Positions 11,770-22,600 of a DNA stretch of 32,783 nucleotides are shown piece by piece. Source of the stretch: Bipalium vagum. Its lineage: Eukaryota. The notes below the pieces were generated by a model. That model saw only the letters and a program-made list of their open reading frames with translations. It did not search any database and was not told the origin of the DNA. The stretch lies in NCBI GenBank assembly GCA_037834085.1, contig JBBMKC010232725.1, positions 1-32,783 on the forward strand, given 5' to 3'. Made by a program: the position numbers and the translations under genes. Positions within the stretch are counted from its first letter, which is position 1; every line of letters starts with the position of its first letter.

Positions 11770-12214
11770 ATAAATATGAATACTGTCAACAATTCGACGA
11801 GATGCAGTTGAACCTCCAGAAAACAACCTGTGTTAGTCAATAGAAAGAGAGTGATTCTTTTACACGACAACACTCGACCGCATGTTGCACGTTCGTCCTT
11901 ACAAAAATTAAACCAGTTGGGATTCGAAACCCTGCATCATCCAGCTTACTCACCAGACCTTTCGCCCAAGGATTATCACTTTTTTAAACATCTGCAGAAT
12001 TTTCTGAAGGATAAAACAAACAAGCCTTCTATAATTTCATCGCCACCAGAGGTACGGACTTTTATGCAAATGGCATAAATAAACTTGTGACTTGTTGGCC
12101 AAAGTATATTGATTCAAATGGATCTTATTTTGATTAGCTATGTGCTTTCTTTGTTAAAATATATGTTTTCAAAGTTCTATATTAAAAAACGACATTATTT
12201 TTTTATCAACCTAA
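11770..12214 (+). mobile_element. mariner 3' fragment, cecropia (Hsmar1-like) subfamily, with right TIR
   Basis: EYCQQFDEM..., NRKRVILLHDNTRPHVA...HPAYSPDLSPKDYHFFKHLQNFL (D34D spacing), DFYANGINKLVTCWPKYIDSNGSYFD*. TIR-like AAAAAACGACATTATTTTTTTATCAACCTAA followed by TA at 12215. Confidence 0.92.
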
Positions 12215-12444
12215 TATGAATTTTTTAGTTTATTTTCAATGAAAACCACTAACACAAATTAAACAGCGGTTTAGAGAAGTCTTCTTAAAATAATATAATT
12301 TCAAAGTTATTTGGTAAACTGCATTTTGTGTTACGATATATTTTTTATAACAATTTTGATTTCAGTGTTAATAAAAAATAGCATTTAAATATTACAGAAT
12401 ATTAAAATGTTATTTCTATATAAACAGTAACTTTGCGTAGATGC

Positions 12445-12790
12445 ACACAGTGAAATACTGGTTGCATTAGATGACAAGGCAACAACGGTTATATATTGGT
12501 CTGTTACTGGATCCCAATAACCGAAAGGCTGCTGGTATTCAATATCCAAACCTGATGAAAGAGGTGACTTTTCTTAATTAAATTTTTGTTGTTAAATACT
12601 AATATTCATTAGAAGATACTTATTTTTGATTACATATTTAATTTTAACTCGACTTAAATAGTGTAAGAACCGGTTGTATTACATGAATAGACAACTAACG
12701 GTCATGATGCTCTGTTGCGGGATTCCAGTAACCGAAAGGCAGCTGGTATCTGATTAAAAAACCTGTTGAAGATTACTAAAGAAGAAACAC
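12445..12790 (+). repeat. Two diverged copies (about 115 nt conserved, 211-212 nt period) of a structured element of unknown class
   Basis: Collinear shared blocks: ACYGGTTGYATTA, CAAC..AACGGT, TCTGTT, TAACCGAAAGGCWGCTGGTAT, AAACCTGWTGAA at about 12457-12560 and 12669-12770. Confidence 0.75.
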
Positions 12791-14319
12791 GAAGAAGATG
12801 GTTCTCGTTGCACAGTTTCGGAAGATTTATTTGTATTTTTAATTTCATTTTGTTTACCAATCAAATCAGAAAGATATTCATATTATATGGAGGATCATTC
12901 TCACAAACACAATCTTTGTATTCTTCAAAATCAAAATTGATTTCTTTAAATTTTTGATCTTAAACTAAAAATATTGTACTGTGATCATTATCATTTCAAA
13001 ATTACTCAAAATTAATAAAAAATTATTGATTTTTCGAAAAATTCATAGAAAATATTAAAAATATCACGATTAAACAATATGAAAAGAATACAAATCAATT
13101 ATCCAAAAATAAAAACTTAAAACAATATCGTATTTTAATTAAAATTTGTTTTTTTACCCTTGAGGTCAATTCGGATTTAAAGCCACATAAACAATCCGAA
13201 ATTTTTAATATATCATTTTCGAAATAAATAAATGACGTTTGTAAATGTGTTGATTTAGGCTATTTTTTCAGGCTAATTTTGTACAAGCTAACTGAAGTCT
13301 TGTGAATATCAATGTAGTCTTGATAATATAATAATTTTAGAATGATAATAATTTTAATTTATAATATATATTTAATGTTTAAAATTAATATTTATCGATA
13401 CATTAACTTTGACAGCATATATAGGTTAAAGAAGTATTAAAAAATAATTATTTTTTAAATTTTTCTATTGGACAATTATTTTTAAATTTAATTAAAAAAA
13501 ATTATCAGTGACACAGGTTAAAATTTCGACTATATACGGTCTGTTTTAGTAAGACCTTTCCTTTAGCTTTCAGAAAGTATTTGAAATCAATATTAATGAT
13601 AAAAATTTTTCAGGTACTGAAAATAAATGTTAATGAAAAGTCTGAGTTGTTCTTGGTGGAAAAGTTTACTAAAATAGTTGAGGTTTCAGAGAATAATATA
13701 GGAACTATTAGTGACCATATTATTTTTCATAATTTTATTATTTTATTTTTAAATTATAATTATCACGACAAGGACTTCTTAAAAATTTGGAATAATTCTA
13801 TATATTTCCCTATAATTATATTTTTCATACTACTGCAAATTAATCAGCATAACATAGCATAGAAAAAGTAGTGTAGAAGAAACGATACAGACATAATAGT
13901 CTACACTTCTGTTATGGTCTAATTTTTAATATATTTGGATTAGTTTTTCTTATCAAAGTTTTACAAAATATCAGAAAGAAAATATTTTTTAAACAAAAAA
14001 AACTGTATATATTATGGGTTGGAATTAAATTATATCGTGTTAATATTTAGAAATAATTCACTTATCAATACAGCTTTTCGGTTTGATAAGGAGAGAGCTG
14101 ATCAAAAGGAGTACTTTCTTTAAATAGAACTTGTAAGAATTTTCTGGTAAAAAGGACCGGGGGCAAAAATTTCCAGTCTATTTTTCTATTATTACAATTT
14201 CTATTTTAAAATTGAAAAAATCATTATGCACCAGATTTTGACTGTAGACGGAAAGTGAATACATTAGATAGCACATCATAAAAATATAAAATGTAATAAA
14301 ATTATTGATAAAATCAATT

Positions 14320-14690
14320 TTAATCAATTATATATTTTCCATTTCGATTAATGATCTCCTTTCACATTTCTATCAATTTCATTTTTTCCCGTTCTTAGAT
14401 ATTTTTACAAAAGACCAATCAAGATACGCCTTAAGTGGCTCATAATCACCGAAAGATTTCCAATTCAATGAATTTTGCAGTAATCTAAATAAATGGTACA
14501 CTATAGGAATCAAGTGCGGTGAGTATGGTGAATGAGCAAAAAACATCCAATCCAGAGCTCAGAAATTTGTTCTAGATGACCAAAGATCTATGGAATTTGG
14601 TATTATGAAGTCGGAAAAAAACGCACTGGTGATTTGACATTTTTAGACGTTTTTTAATTATGTGGTTCAATTTTGTTATTTACAAGCATT
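14320..14690 (-). mobile_element. mariner 3' fragment, mellifera (Famar1-like) subfamily
   Basis: Minus strand reads KRLKMSNHQCVFFRLHNTKFHRSLV, AHSPYSPHLIPIVYHLFRLLQNSLNWKSFGD, KEIINRNGKYIID*. Confidence 0.85.
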
Positions 14691-14936
14691 ACACACTCGA
14701 ATGATCAGGTGGCTGCATCTCATAAGAGAAAGCATTAGTTTTTGAGTTACAATACTACAATCAGGTAGGTAAAAGTTGGATGAAGCGAGAAAGGGACTTT
14801 TGGAAGAAGGAATCTAAAAAGCTAAGCTGCACACTACTCAATTATGCAGCCTGTGAAAGTATAAAATTACAAAGCCTGCAAATTATTCAATATACTCATA
14901 TTTTTTCAATTATTTTCTTTTCATGCAAAGAAAGTA

Positions 14937-15970
14937 CGTAGGTCAGTCGAAAAGTTTCGGTAATGGAAGATATGGAAAGGTTTAGTAAAAATACAAAATT
15001 TAATCATTAAAAAAATTATTTTAACACTATATTACTTTTATCTAATAATAAAAATTGCATTTTTATTAATAAATATTTACATTTAAATATGAAATACAAA
15101 GCGGAAAATATGAATTTATCAATTGAAAACTTTTGAGCAATGATTTCATTTGATTTCCGGTTCAGATTGTCACAGAAACAGTGTCTCGATAGCTTAAATT
15201 CGGTATTTCCTGATGATGGTCCATCGAAAACTATAGTGTATTGATGGTTTCATGAATTTAAGTATGGGCGCGTCTCTTTGGGTGTTGATTTAAGGAAGGT
15301 TGTCCAAAAACAAGTGTATCCAATGAAAATATTGAGGTTGTTCGAAAATTAATTGAAGAAGATCGTCGGACAACATATGATGAAATCCAGACATCATTGA
15401 ACATACTTCGGACTTCAATCCATTCTATTTTACATGAACGCTTGGGTGTCAGAAAGTTATCTTTAAAATTGATGAAAAACGAGATCGCGTTAATTGGTCC
15501 AAAGCTATGGTCGATAAATTTAAGCAGTGAACTCTAAAACATATTAATGACATTGTCAGTGGCAATAAATCATGGATATAAAGCAATAGTCAACCTTTTG
15601 GGTGTCTCAGGACGAAAAATTACCAACGAAAGTTGTTCGATCCAGGAACTCCTCTAAGCAAATGGTTGCTTGTTTCGTGTTCAAATCAGGTCATGTCGCT
15701 ACCATTCCTTTGATGATCGTTGCACAGTTTCTTCGAATTGGTATACCACAGTTTGCTTGCCTAGAACTTTCAAAGAATTGGGAAAAAGCAACTCGAAACA
15801 CTGTATTATATTTCATCATGATAATGCCATATTCCATACAGCTCATATAAGAATTGATTTTTTGAGGACTCAAAACGTTTAATTATTAAGCCATACTTCT
15901 CATAGTTCTGACTTGATATCAAATGACTTCTTCACATTTTGTTCAATCAAATGAATTGTGTGGGCAGCAG
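14937..15970 (+). mobile_element. Decayed mariner element (5' TIR plus most of the transposase; tentatively irritans-related)
   Basis: TA then CGTAGGTCAGTCGAAAAGTTTC (TIR-like). ATG at 15110 reads MNLSIENF*AMISFDFR..PSKTIVY*WFHEFKYGR. Later DIVSGNKSWIY, QDEKLPTKVVRSRNSSKQMVACF..SGHVATIP, WYTTVCLP, IIFHHDNA, SSDLISNDFF. The 3' end is missing. Confidence 0.92.
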
Positions 15971-15974
15971 TAAA

Positions 15975-16478
15975 CGATATGTCTAATGGTTAAAAGCAGA
16001 TTAAAGTCTCAAACATTGTTCAAAGTCAAAAATTCATCAAAAGAATCTGATGGTTATTGTTTGAAAAGTGGTGCTTTCATAGATTACAGCTTCATGAAGA
16101 AAAGTCAAATAATCACGTCTACTGCATAGATCAGGAGAAACTTTGAAGAATCTTGTAAAAACACAACTGAGATTGGTCAATAAAATTAATTCCATATTCA
16201 TTTATAACAATGCTCATCTATGCGTTGCAAATCGATTAAAATTAAAACTTCTGGTGATGGACTTCTTATTTTTCAGACCTTTCATCTACTGACTACCATT
16301 TTAGCGGAATTTGGAAAACATTTTTACAAGGAACGTAATTCCAATTCAAATAAGATAATCAAAGTACAGCTATGCAATTTACTGATTCTCTCAAATATGA
16401 TTTTTTTATAAAGGAATATCCAAATTGCTCTTGAGATGACAGAAGTGTAATCTTACTGAAGGTACTTACTCTGATTAA
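15975..16478 (+). mobile_element. Second decayed mariner 3' half (cecropia-like) abutting the previous element
   Basis: Remnants HQKNLMVIV, IDYSFMKKSQIIT, QLRLVNK..IFIYNNAH, SDLSSTDYHF, FLQG, KGISKLLLR*QKC..EGTYSD*. Confidence 0.75.
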
Positions 16479-17929
16479 TTTAATTGTTCCAGGTTAAACA
16501 GTTTACTAATAAAAGTTTGACATTAGGTCTATACATTTCATACCTTGTAATAAAATATATACACTTATATGTTCATATTTATACCACTAATCAAATTAAT
16601 TCACCTGAGTTGAAATAATATTATTTTACAAGTCAATAAGATACAAATATCTGGGTAATATATAAAAATAATGGAGATAGTAATACTTTATGAAATACCT
16701 ATTAGTTCGTAAGATATTAAAAATAAAAATAAAAAACCATGGTAACTATGATGAATTAGGACCCAGTTAATATTTTATTAGCAATCGTTAAAGTGTCATT
16801 TATTTATAGAATCGGAATTGAACAAGGGAATTAATATTACTATTGTGATCTGATCTATTGATAGAAGACCACCAGTGATGTTACTGATCATCATATCATT
16901 AGATTGGGAACATAATAAAACACTTATCAATATTAATTTGTTTTAATTTTAAGAAAATAATCAATTTAAATTAATGTGACTACACTGCATTTTCAATGCG
17001 CTACCAACCTGATCATTTTACCATAAAAAGGAAAAATATTATTTTCGGAAATAATATATTAATATTTGAAAATTAATTTTAATCAAAATTCATCGGGGAA
17101 AATAATTTCTTTTAATCAACTTGTTCCCATATCACATCAGACATGTTTCGACTGTCATGGGATGATATTTTTTGTTTTAATTCACTCGCAAAACCAGCAA
17201 TGGACACAATCCAACAACAGCTCTTAATACGAGATTAAATTTCTCATTTATATAAATTGTTATTAATAATTTATTATTAGATTTAAATTCGTGACTTTTT
17301 GGTGGACTTTTATCGTTGTTTATCATTATAATTAAATAAATGTAATAAATGTAATCAAATTATTCCTGAAATTAGTCACGAATTCCCACAAATTTTTCAT
17401 TTTTGTAATGCAAATTTTAGACTTTTTTGCGTTTCGAAAATGAATAATTGAAATTATTTTGGATTCTTTTTATTTTTTTAGAATTTTATTTTTAGAACTT
17501 TTTATCAGTTTGTTGTAAACTATTATAATTTGGAACTCCCTCATTCGATTTATTTTGGAAATTTTATGGAAATATCAATTTTTGAGAATTGTAAAACTTT
17601 ATATCAATATTATGTTTTAAATATTTTATAATGTTGAAAAATATTATTATTATTTATTTTATTTTTCAAAACGATAACAATATTTAAAAATAATTATTTA
17701 ATTAAGTTTGAGACACGAAAATCTTCATTTTATTGAATTTAATAATTTCGATTTTTCCAGAAAAATATTCTCAAAATTAAATAAGTAAAAAAGATTCGGG
17801 TTTTTCGTGTTACTTTTAGTAATAATTTGAAGTATTAATGATTTCGTATCATGTTTTTTTGACGGAAATGACTAAAAAGTATCTTTTTACTTATCTCAAT
17901 ACTTTGTCACCTTATTTTGATAAATGTGC

Positions 17930-18100
17930 TTGGGGCAATGTTTTCAAAGAATGGGCATCATAGCACTGGAACACGAACTATCTAAAGATCCTCACACCCA
18001 AAGAATTGAAATCTATATGGGGGAAACTGAAGACTAAGATCGTGTAAATGAAGGTCGTCTTAGGAATCGTATCTAAATGAAGTGATGTGGCGACAAAATA
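17930..18100 (+). mobile_element. Merlin (IS1016/ISXO2-like) transposase C-terminal relic
   Basis: KDPHTQRIE / SIWGKLKTKI / ESYLNEVMWRQ across frameshifts matches the Merlin pattern 'HTQxIExxWxxxK...YLxExxWR'. Confidence 0.7.
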
Positions 18101-18397
18101 TTCAATTTTTAATTTAATCAATTTTTAAATCGAAAATTGTTTTTGTTCATTTTTAATATTTTTGTTTGTTTTCAAGTATCCTTTTTGACCGATCAATCTT
18201 ATTAAATATCTTTTTTGACAATAAAATAACATGATCAAAGATTTCTTAAAATTACAGGATCATTTCCCAAATTGAAATTTGACTAACTACAATTATAAAA
18301 ATTAAAAATTGTTTAAATATATCAAATATTACTTTGGAGAACATATTTGAAATGGATAATTAGAAGTTTCATTGTTGACATGTTTTATATTTTATTA

Positions 18398-18536
18398 TTG
18401 GGTTGTTCCGCAAAGTAATTTCGGTTCTACCACAGAAAGATAGCAGAAAGTGTTGGGGAAAAAAATTACCAGTATGTAATTTAATGGCATACGTGTTTAT
18501 TATAAAATAAATGGACTGTTTTTCCGAACAATCCAA
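18398..18536. mobile_element. Approximately 140-bp mariner-derived MITE
   Basis: TA|TTGGGTTGTTCCGCAAAGTAATTTCG at the left and TTTCCGAACAATCCAA at the right (reverse complement TTGGATTGTTCGGAAA), typical mariner-like TIRs. Confidence 0.7.
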
Positions 18537-18599
18537 CGTAACACACAAAAATTTGAAGCTCATGGCAAAAGAAAAATTATTTTGGCTTAATGCCAAAAG

Positions 18600-19265
18600 G
18601 TTTCGTTAGGGAATTTCAACATTGAAAAAATTCAATAATTTAACAAGTCTGGAATTGATGAGATATTAAATCTTTGCAATTCAATGCTGCGTTCATCATG
18701 AAGATAATATACCTTAATCATTCTCTTATTTGCCGGTGAAACTTTCCATTTTCAAAGAGGTTCTGAAACTGAATGTAATATATTACCTTGTTCAATGTTA
18801 TGAAGCCGGGTTCTAAATATTCAGATTTTGTTTTTCCAATCCAATTTCAGGAGAAACAATAAAAATCAATTTCTTTAATAATAAAGTTATTCTAACAATG
18901 TTCTCTAATCTTCGAATAACTTTGATATAATTTCTGTTATATCATGTTATGCAGATGATGAATGATGGTTCTTTGAGAATTTTTGAACTCCTCTGAAAAC
19001 GTCGGGTGCTTGTACTGCACTGCTGCTCTACTAGGGTACAAAACTCTTCCTTGTCACCGCCGATGGTCAAACTGAACGTTCCTGATCTTCAAGTCCGGTA
19101 TCTCCTTGATTAAAGAGACGAAATCACCACTGAGCCGTAAATTGCTTGCGTATATCATTGTCTTCCACGTCAAAAATTTCTGGAGTCACAGCTGCAGCTG
19201 GTAGATCTTTTTTCCAATAATGACATATTAGGATCCGAATTACTGCTTTTTCTTCAATCACTCTA
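18600..19265 (-). mobile_element. Decayed mariner transposase
   Basis: Minus strand reads AVIRILICHYWKKDLPAAAV..., TAQW*FRLFNQGDTGLEDQERSV*PS, LVEQQCSTSTRR..SQRTIIHHLH. A much more decayed PDL..Y..F remnant lies near 18630-18660. Confidence 0.8.
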
Positions 19266-20730
19266 ACTGTAAGAATAAGTGAATGGTATTTTATAAATTT
19301 AACTTTTAAAATGTAATTACATTCTCCTTTTCAAGGTTCTTTTCAAGGATAGAACTTGTAATTAACTTTTTTTTTTGAAAAATTCAGACAATATTTAAAC
19401 AATAATAAAGAAAAAGAATTCGAGTTTTATATTTGTTGGAACATTTATATATTATACAGAGAGCCTATTCCCTCGAATCTTGATTTAATTCACTAAAAAT
19501 ATAATAATAGATAGTAATATATTTAAGTGTCTGATAAAAAGTGTTATATTTTTATTATATATTTATCAAATGGAAAATGTTTCAATAAAATATTACGAAT
19601 ATCACAAATATTTGCGTTAATTAAATGAGCTTTAATACTTGAGTGTTTTCCGTAGAATTAATTAATATTTTACCAGATCGCTTCGATATTCAATGGAATT
19701 TGTTTTTAAAGAATGTTAACCTTTTATTAAGATTTATGATAAGGTGAAATGGATACAGATGGTAAATTATTTGACAAAAAGGGTACTTTCCAAAAATGAC
19801 ATTTAAAATTAAAAGGAATTCAATATCTATCCCATCCGTAAGGGAAAAAATATGTTATATATCTTGGAAAAAATGCAAATATTCACAATTTCCTTAGGAA
19901 TTTCATTATTAGTAATAAATGAGGAAATTCCTAACATATTTTATTTGCGGCTTACATAATTAAAAGCTTTTCAACTCCCACGTAAACATACCCCATAAAT
20001 CATTAATAAGTATTAATGTTCATTGAAGAATTTAATTAATTGAAAAATAATTTTGATCATAATGTCTTAGTTGAAATAAAATAGTTTTAATCCTTTTTAA
20101 AAATAAATGCGCAATTTAAAATATTCCACAACGAACAAACAAAATATTTCCTTATTTTATTAATATAAATATTTTCCCCCCATATTCTGTCTAGATTGAA
20201 CGGATGATTTCTGCGGATTTTAATATTTGAATAAAATATATTTTGTTTTAATGAATTGGAAATTAAATTTAATTAATTAATTAAATTACTAAATTGAAAA
20301 TAAAACATATTAGGGGAAAATATAAGTACAATTAAATATTTTAAGTATTAAGATGAACTTTAATAATAGTTAGAAAAAATATAAATATTATACATCTTTA
20401 TAAAAGTATATACAATAATTTTATAATAAAACTTATCATTATATTATTTTATTATATAATAAATATTCTGAAATTTTTTGAAAATATAACGAGTTATGTA
20501 TCTATTATTACACATTTTTTCTTAATATTAAAATCATTAAAAAATGAAATCAATTTTCTATTATTAAAACAAAATCGATTTTTTTGGAATTTTATCTAAA
20601 ATAAAAAACATTGAAATAATTATTAATGAAAATAATAATTTACCATTAACAGTACCGTTAAATTTATAAATAAAAAATAAAATAAAAATATTTTTCAAAA
20701 AATGACAATAAAATTTCAAATTGAACTTTG

Positions 20731-20778
20731 ATTGGCTGTTTGCTGAGCTAGTGTCATTGGGCTTCAGTGCATATAAAT
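20731..20778 (+). promoter_or_regulatory. Core promoter of the TGF-beta family gene
   Basis: Two reverse CCAAT boxes (ATTGG at 20731 and 20756) and TATAAAT at 20772-20778, about 135 nt upstream of the ATG, at the edge of an extremely AT-rich tract. Confidence 0.6.
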
Positions 20779-20910
20779 ATATGGATTGTCAACTGGTTCA
20801 AGTTGCTTTTGATTTTATTTTTATTTCAATCAGATTTTATTCTGTGAGACATCCTCTTTTTGGATATATTTTCCATATTTTACACCAATCAAGCGAAATT
20901 GCCAATAGAA

Positions 20911-21274
20911 ATGTATTTTATAGGATCGTTTAGCCATACCAATACCGTATCACAAAATTTTGAGAATCTGTTCCTGATCACAATACTCTGCTATGTGATA
21001 GCAAGTCCCATCAATAGAGGGGAAGAATTTCAAGTTGATGATCCACAAAATCCTGCCAATTTTATATCAGAAAGACAGCGAATAATTGCTGAATTCAAGG
21101 CAAAGCTCTTGTCACGGTTGAATCTATCTCAGTTACCGAAAATCAACAAATCCTTCGATTGGACTACCATACCGGAGGAAATGAAAAATCTACTGAACCA
21201 AGAAATTGTTACCGAAGACGATACAAGAGACTCAAAATCGAAAATTGAAACGATGATAATACCTCTCGTCAAAA
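20911..21274 (+). CDS. Activin/inhibin-beta-like TGF-beta ligand, exon 1 (signal peptide and prodomain)
   Basis: MYFIG...LFLITILCYVIASP signal peptide. RIIAEFKAKLLSRLNLSQLPKI is the conserved prodomain helix/latency-lasso motif. GTATGC donor at 21275, phase 1. Confidence 0.88.
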
Positions 21275-21355
21275 GTATGCATCAATGTCAGCTACTTAAT
21301 AATTATCGATTATAATAATAATAGTGACGTAATATTTTTATTTATTTGATTTCAG

Positions 21356-21723
21356 TGAATTCGTGTGGTGAAAGTTCTGTGATCAATCAACAATGTCTTA
21401 ACCTTAGTCTGTCGGATCTGGGCAATAAGGAAATTATCAGTGCCAATCTTATCATCCCCATCACGAAAAAGGCTATCGGAAATAAATTTCCAACTTCAAT
21501 TAGTTATAACATCACTGTAAATAATCAATCCGAATTGACTTATGATTTGTCATTAAACAGAGACACTAGTAACAGTGTAACCATTGACTGGACAGTCATT
21601 TTAAATACCTTGTTGAATGATGATGACGACTTCGATATGATTCGAAGCGTTCTGTCGTGGACAGTGTCGATCATTGGATCAAATCAAGCGTATCCAGTGG
21701 AACGGATGATGGATTTGAAAAAT
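21356..21723 (+). CDS. Activin-like ligand, exon 2 (prodomain arm)
   Basis: TTTCAG acceptor at 21355 after an 81-nt intron. The phase-1 join is in frame and the frame is open. GTTAGT donor at 21724, phase 0. Confidence 0.85.
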
Positions 21724-22541
21724 GTTAGTTACCAAATTTCATTTTTATATTTAGAACTACCATCACTCATTGTATTAAAAATATTGATCTAAGAATTTCA
21801 TAAATAAATAACGTTGAAAGCTTTCTTGCTTAACTGGGAAGTACTTCAAAGAACTGAAGCCTGTTTTCAAGATATTATTTTTTTAATTGTTAATTATAAT
21901 TTAATATTTCAATTTAAAATAAAAAAAATACTGAAATTTTTGAAAAAGTATCTTATTTTATTTATTTATTAATAATAAATTATTTTTTTAAATTAACTGG
22001 AATTTATTAAATTCTTCAAAAATTCTGAATATTGATAATAAAAATAATAATAAATAATATATTGATAAAATAATCTTACAACTTTATTTTAAAAAATTAA
22101 AATGCTATTTAATTTTTAAAGAATTTTTTTTTCTTAAAAAAATAAAATTCTTAATAAATCTAAAGTTAGTAAAAATGATAATAATAATATTTTATTACTA
22201 AATAATAATAATTTAAACAAAAAAAAATCATTGAATTTTCATATTTATTTTTGAACTTTATAAAATGTTCTTTTCTGGGAATTTTTGTTTGATTAATTTA
22301 AACAAGATTTCTGTCATTTAGTTAACATCTTTAACCATATGTGAATTTTATTTCAAATCTATATTTATAAAGAAATTTGTACTTTATTAAAGATAAATTT
22401 TTCATAAATATTTGTTAAAAAGGAAATTTTAATTTTAAAAATAAGTTTAATGAAATAAATCAACAAATAAAAATTAATCAAGAAATTTTAAAAAAAGATT
22501 ATAAACTTTTTTATTTTAATTATTTTTAAATTTTTAAAATT

Positions 22542-22600
22542 AAAATTATTAAAATTGTACAAATTATTAAAATTATTAAAATTATTAAAATTATTATTAT
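22542..22600. repeat. Short (AAAATTATT)n 9-bp tandem repeat in intron 2
   Basis: About 5-6 imperfect 9-mer units. Confidence 0.6.

Noticed and set aside
11402-14629. 14-bp perfect inverted match CCAGTGCGTTTTTT (11402-11415) / AAAAAACGCACTGG (14616-14629) suggesting a 3.2-kb element
   Set aside because: The right copy is internal coding sequence of the mellifera-like relic, six of the bases are a T run, and there is no target duplication
15205-15235. CTGATGA...CGAAA hammerhead-like string
   Set aside because: It is mariner coding sequence (PDDGPSK), and helices I and III do not form
16748-16855. ATGATGA...CTGA pair resembling a C/D-box snoRNA
   Set aside because: No terminal stem, no recognisable rRNA-antisense element, and not in a supported host intron
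20721-20933. 70-aa ORF overlapping the activin promoter, and the TTG start at 20860
   Set aside because: The ORF spans the TATA region, and non-ATG starts are not expected here; ATG 20911 gives a proper signal peptide
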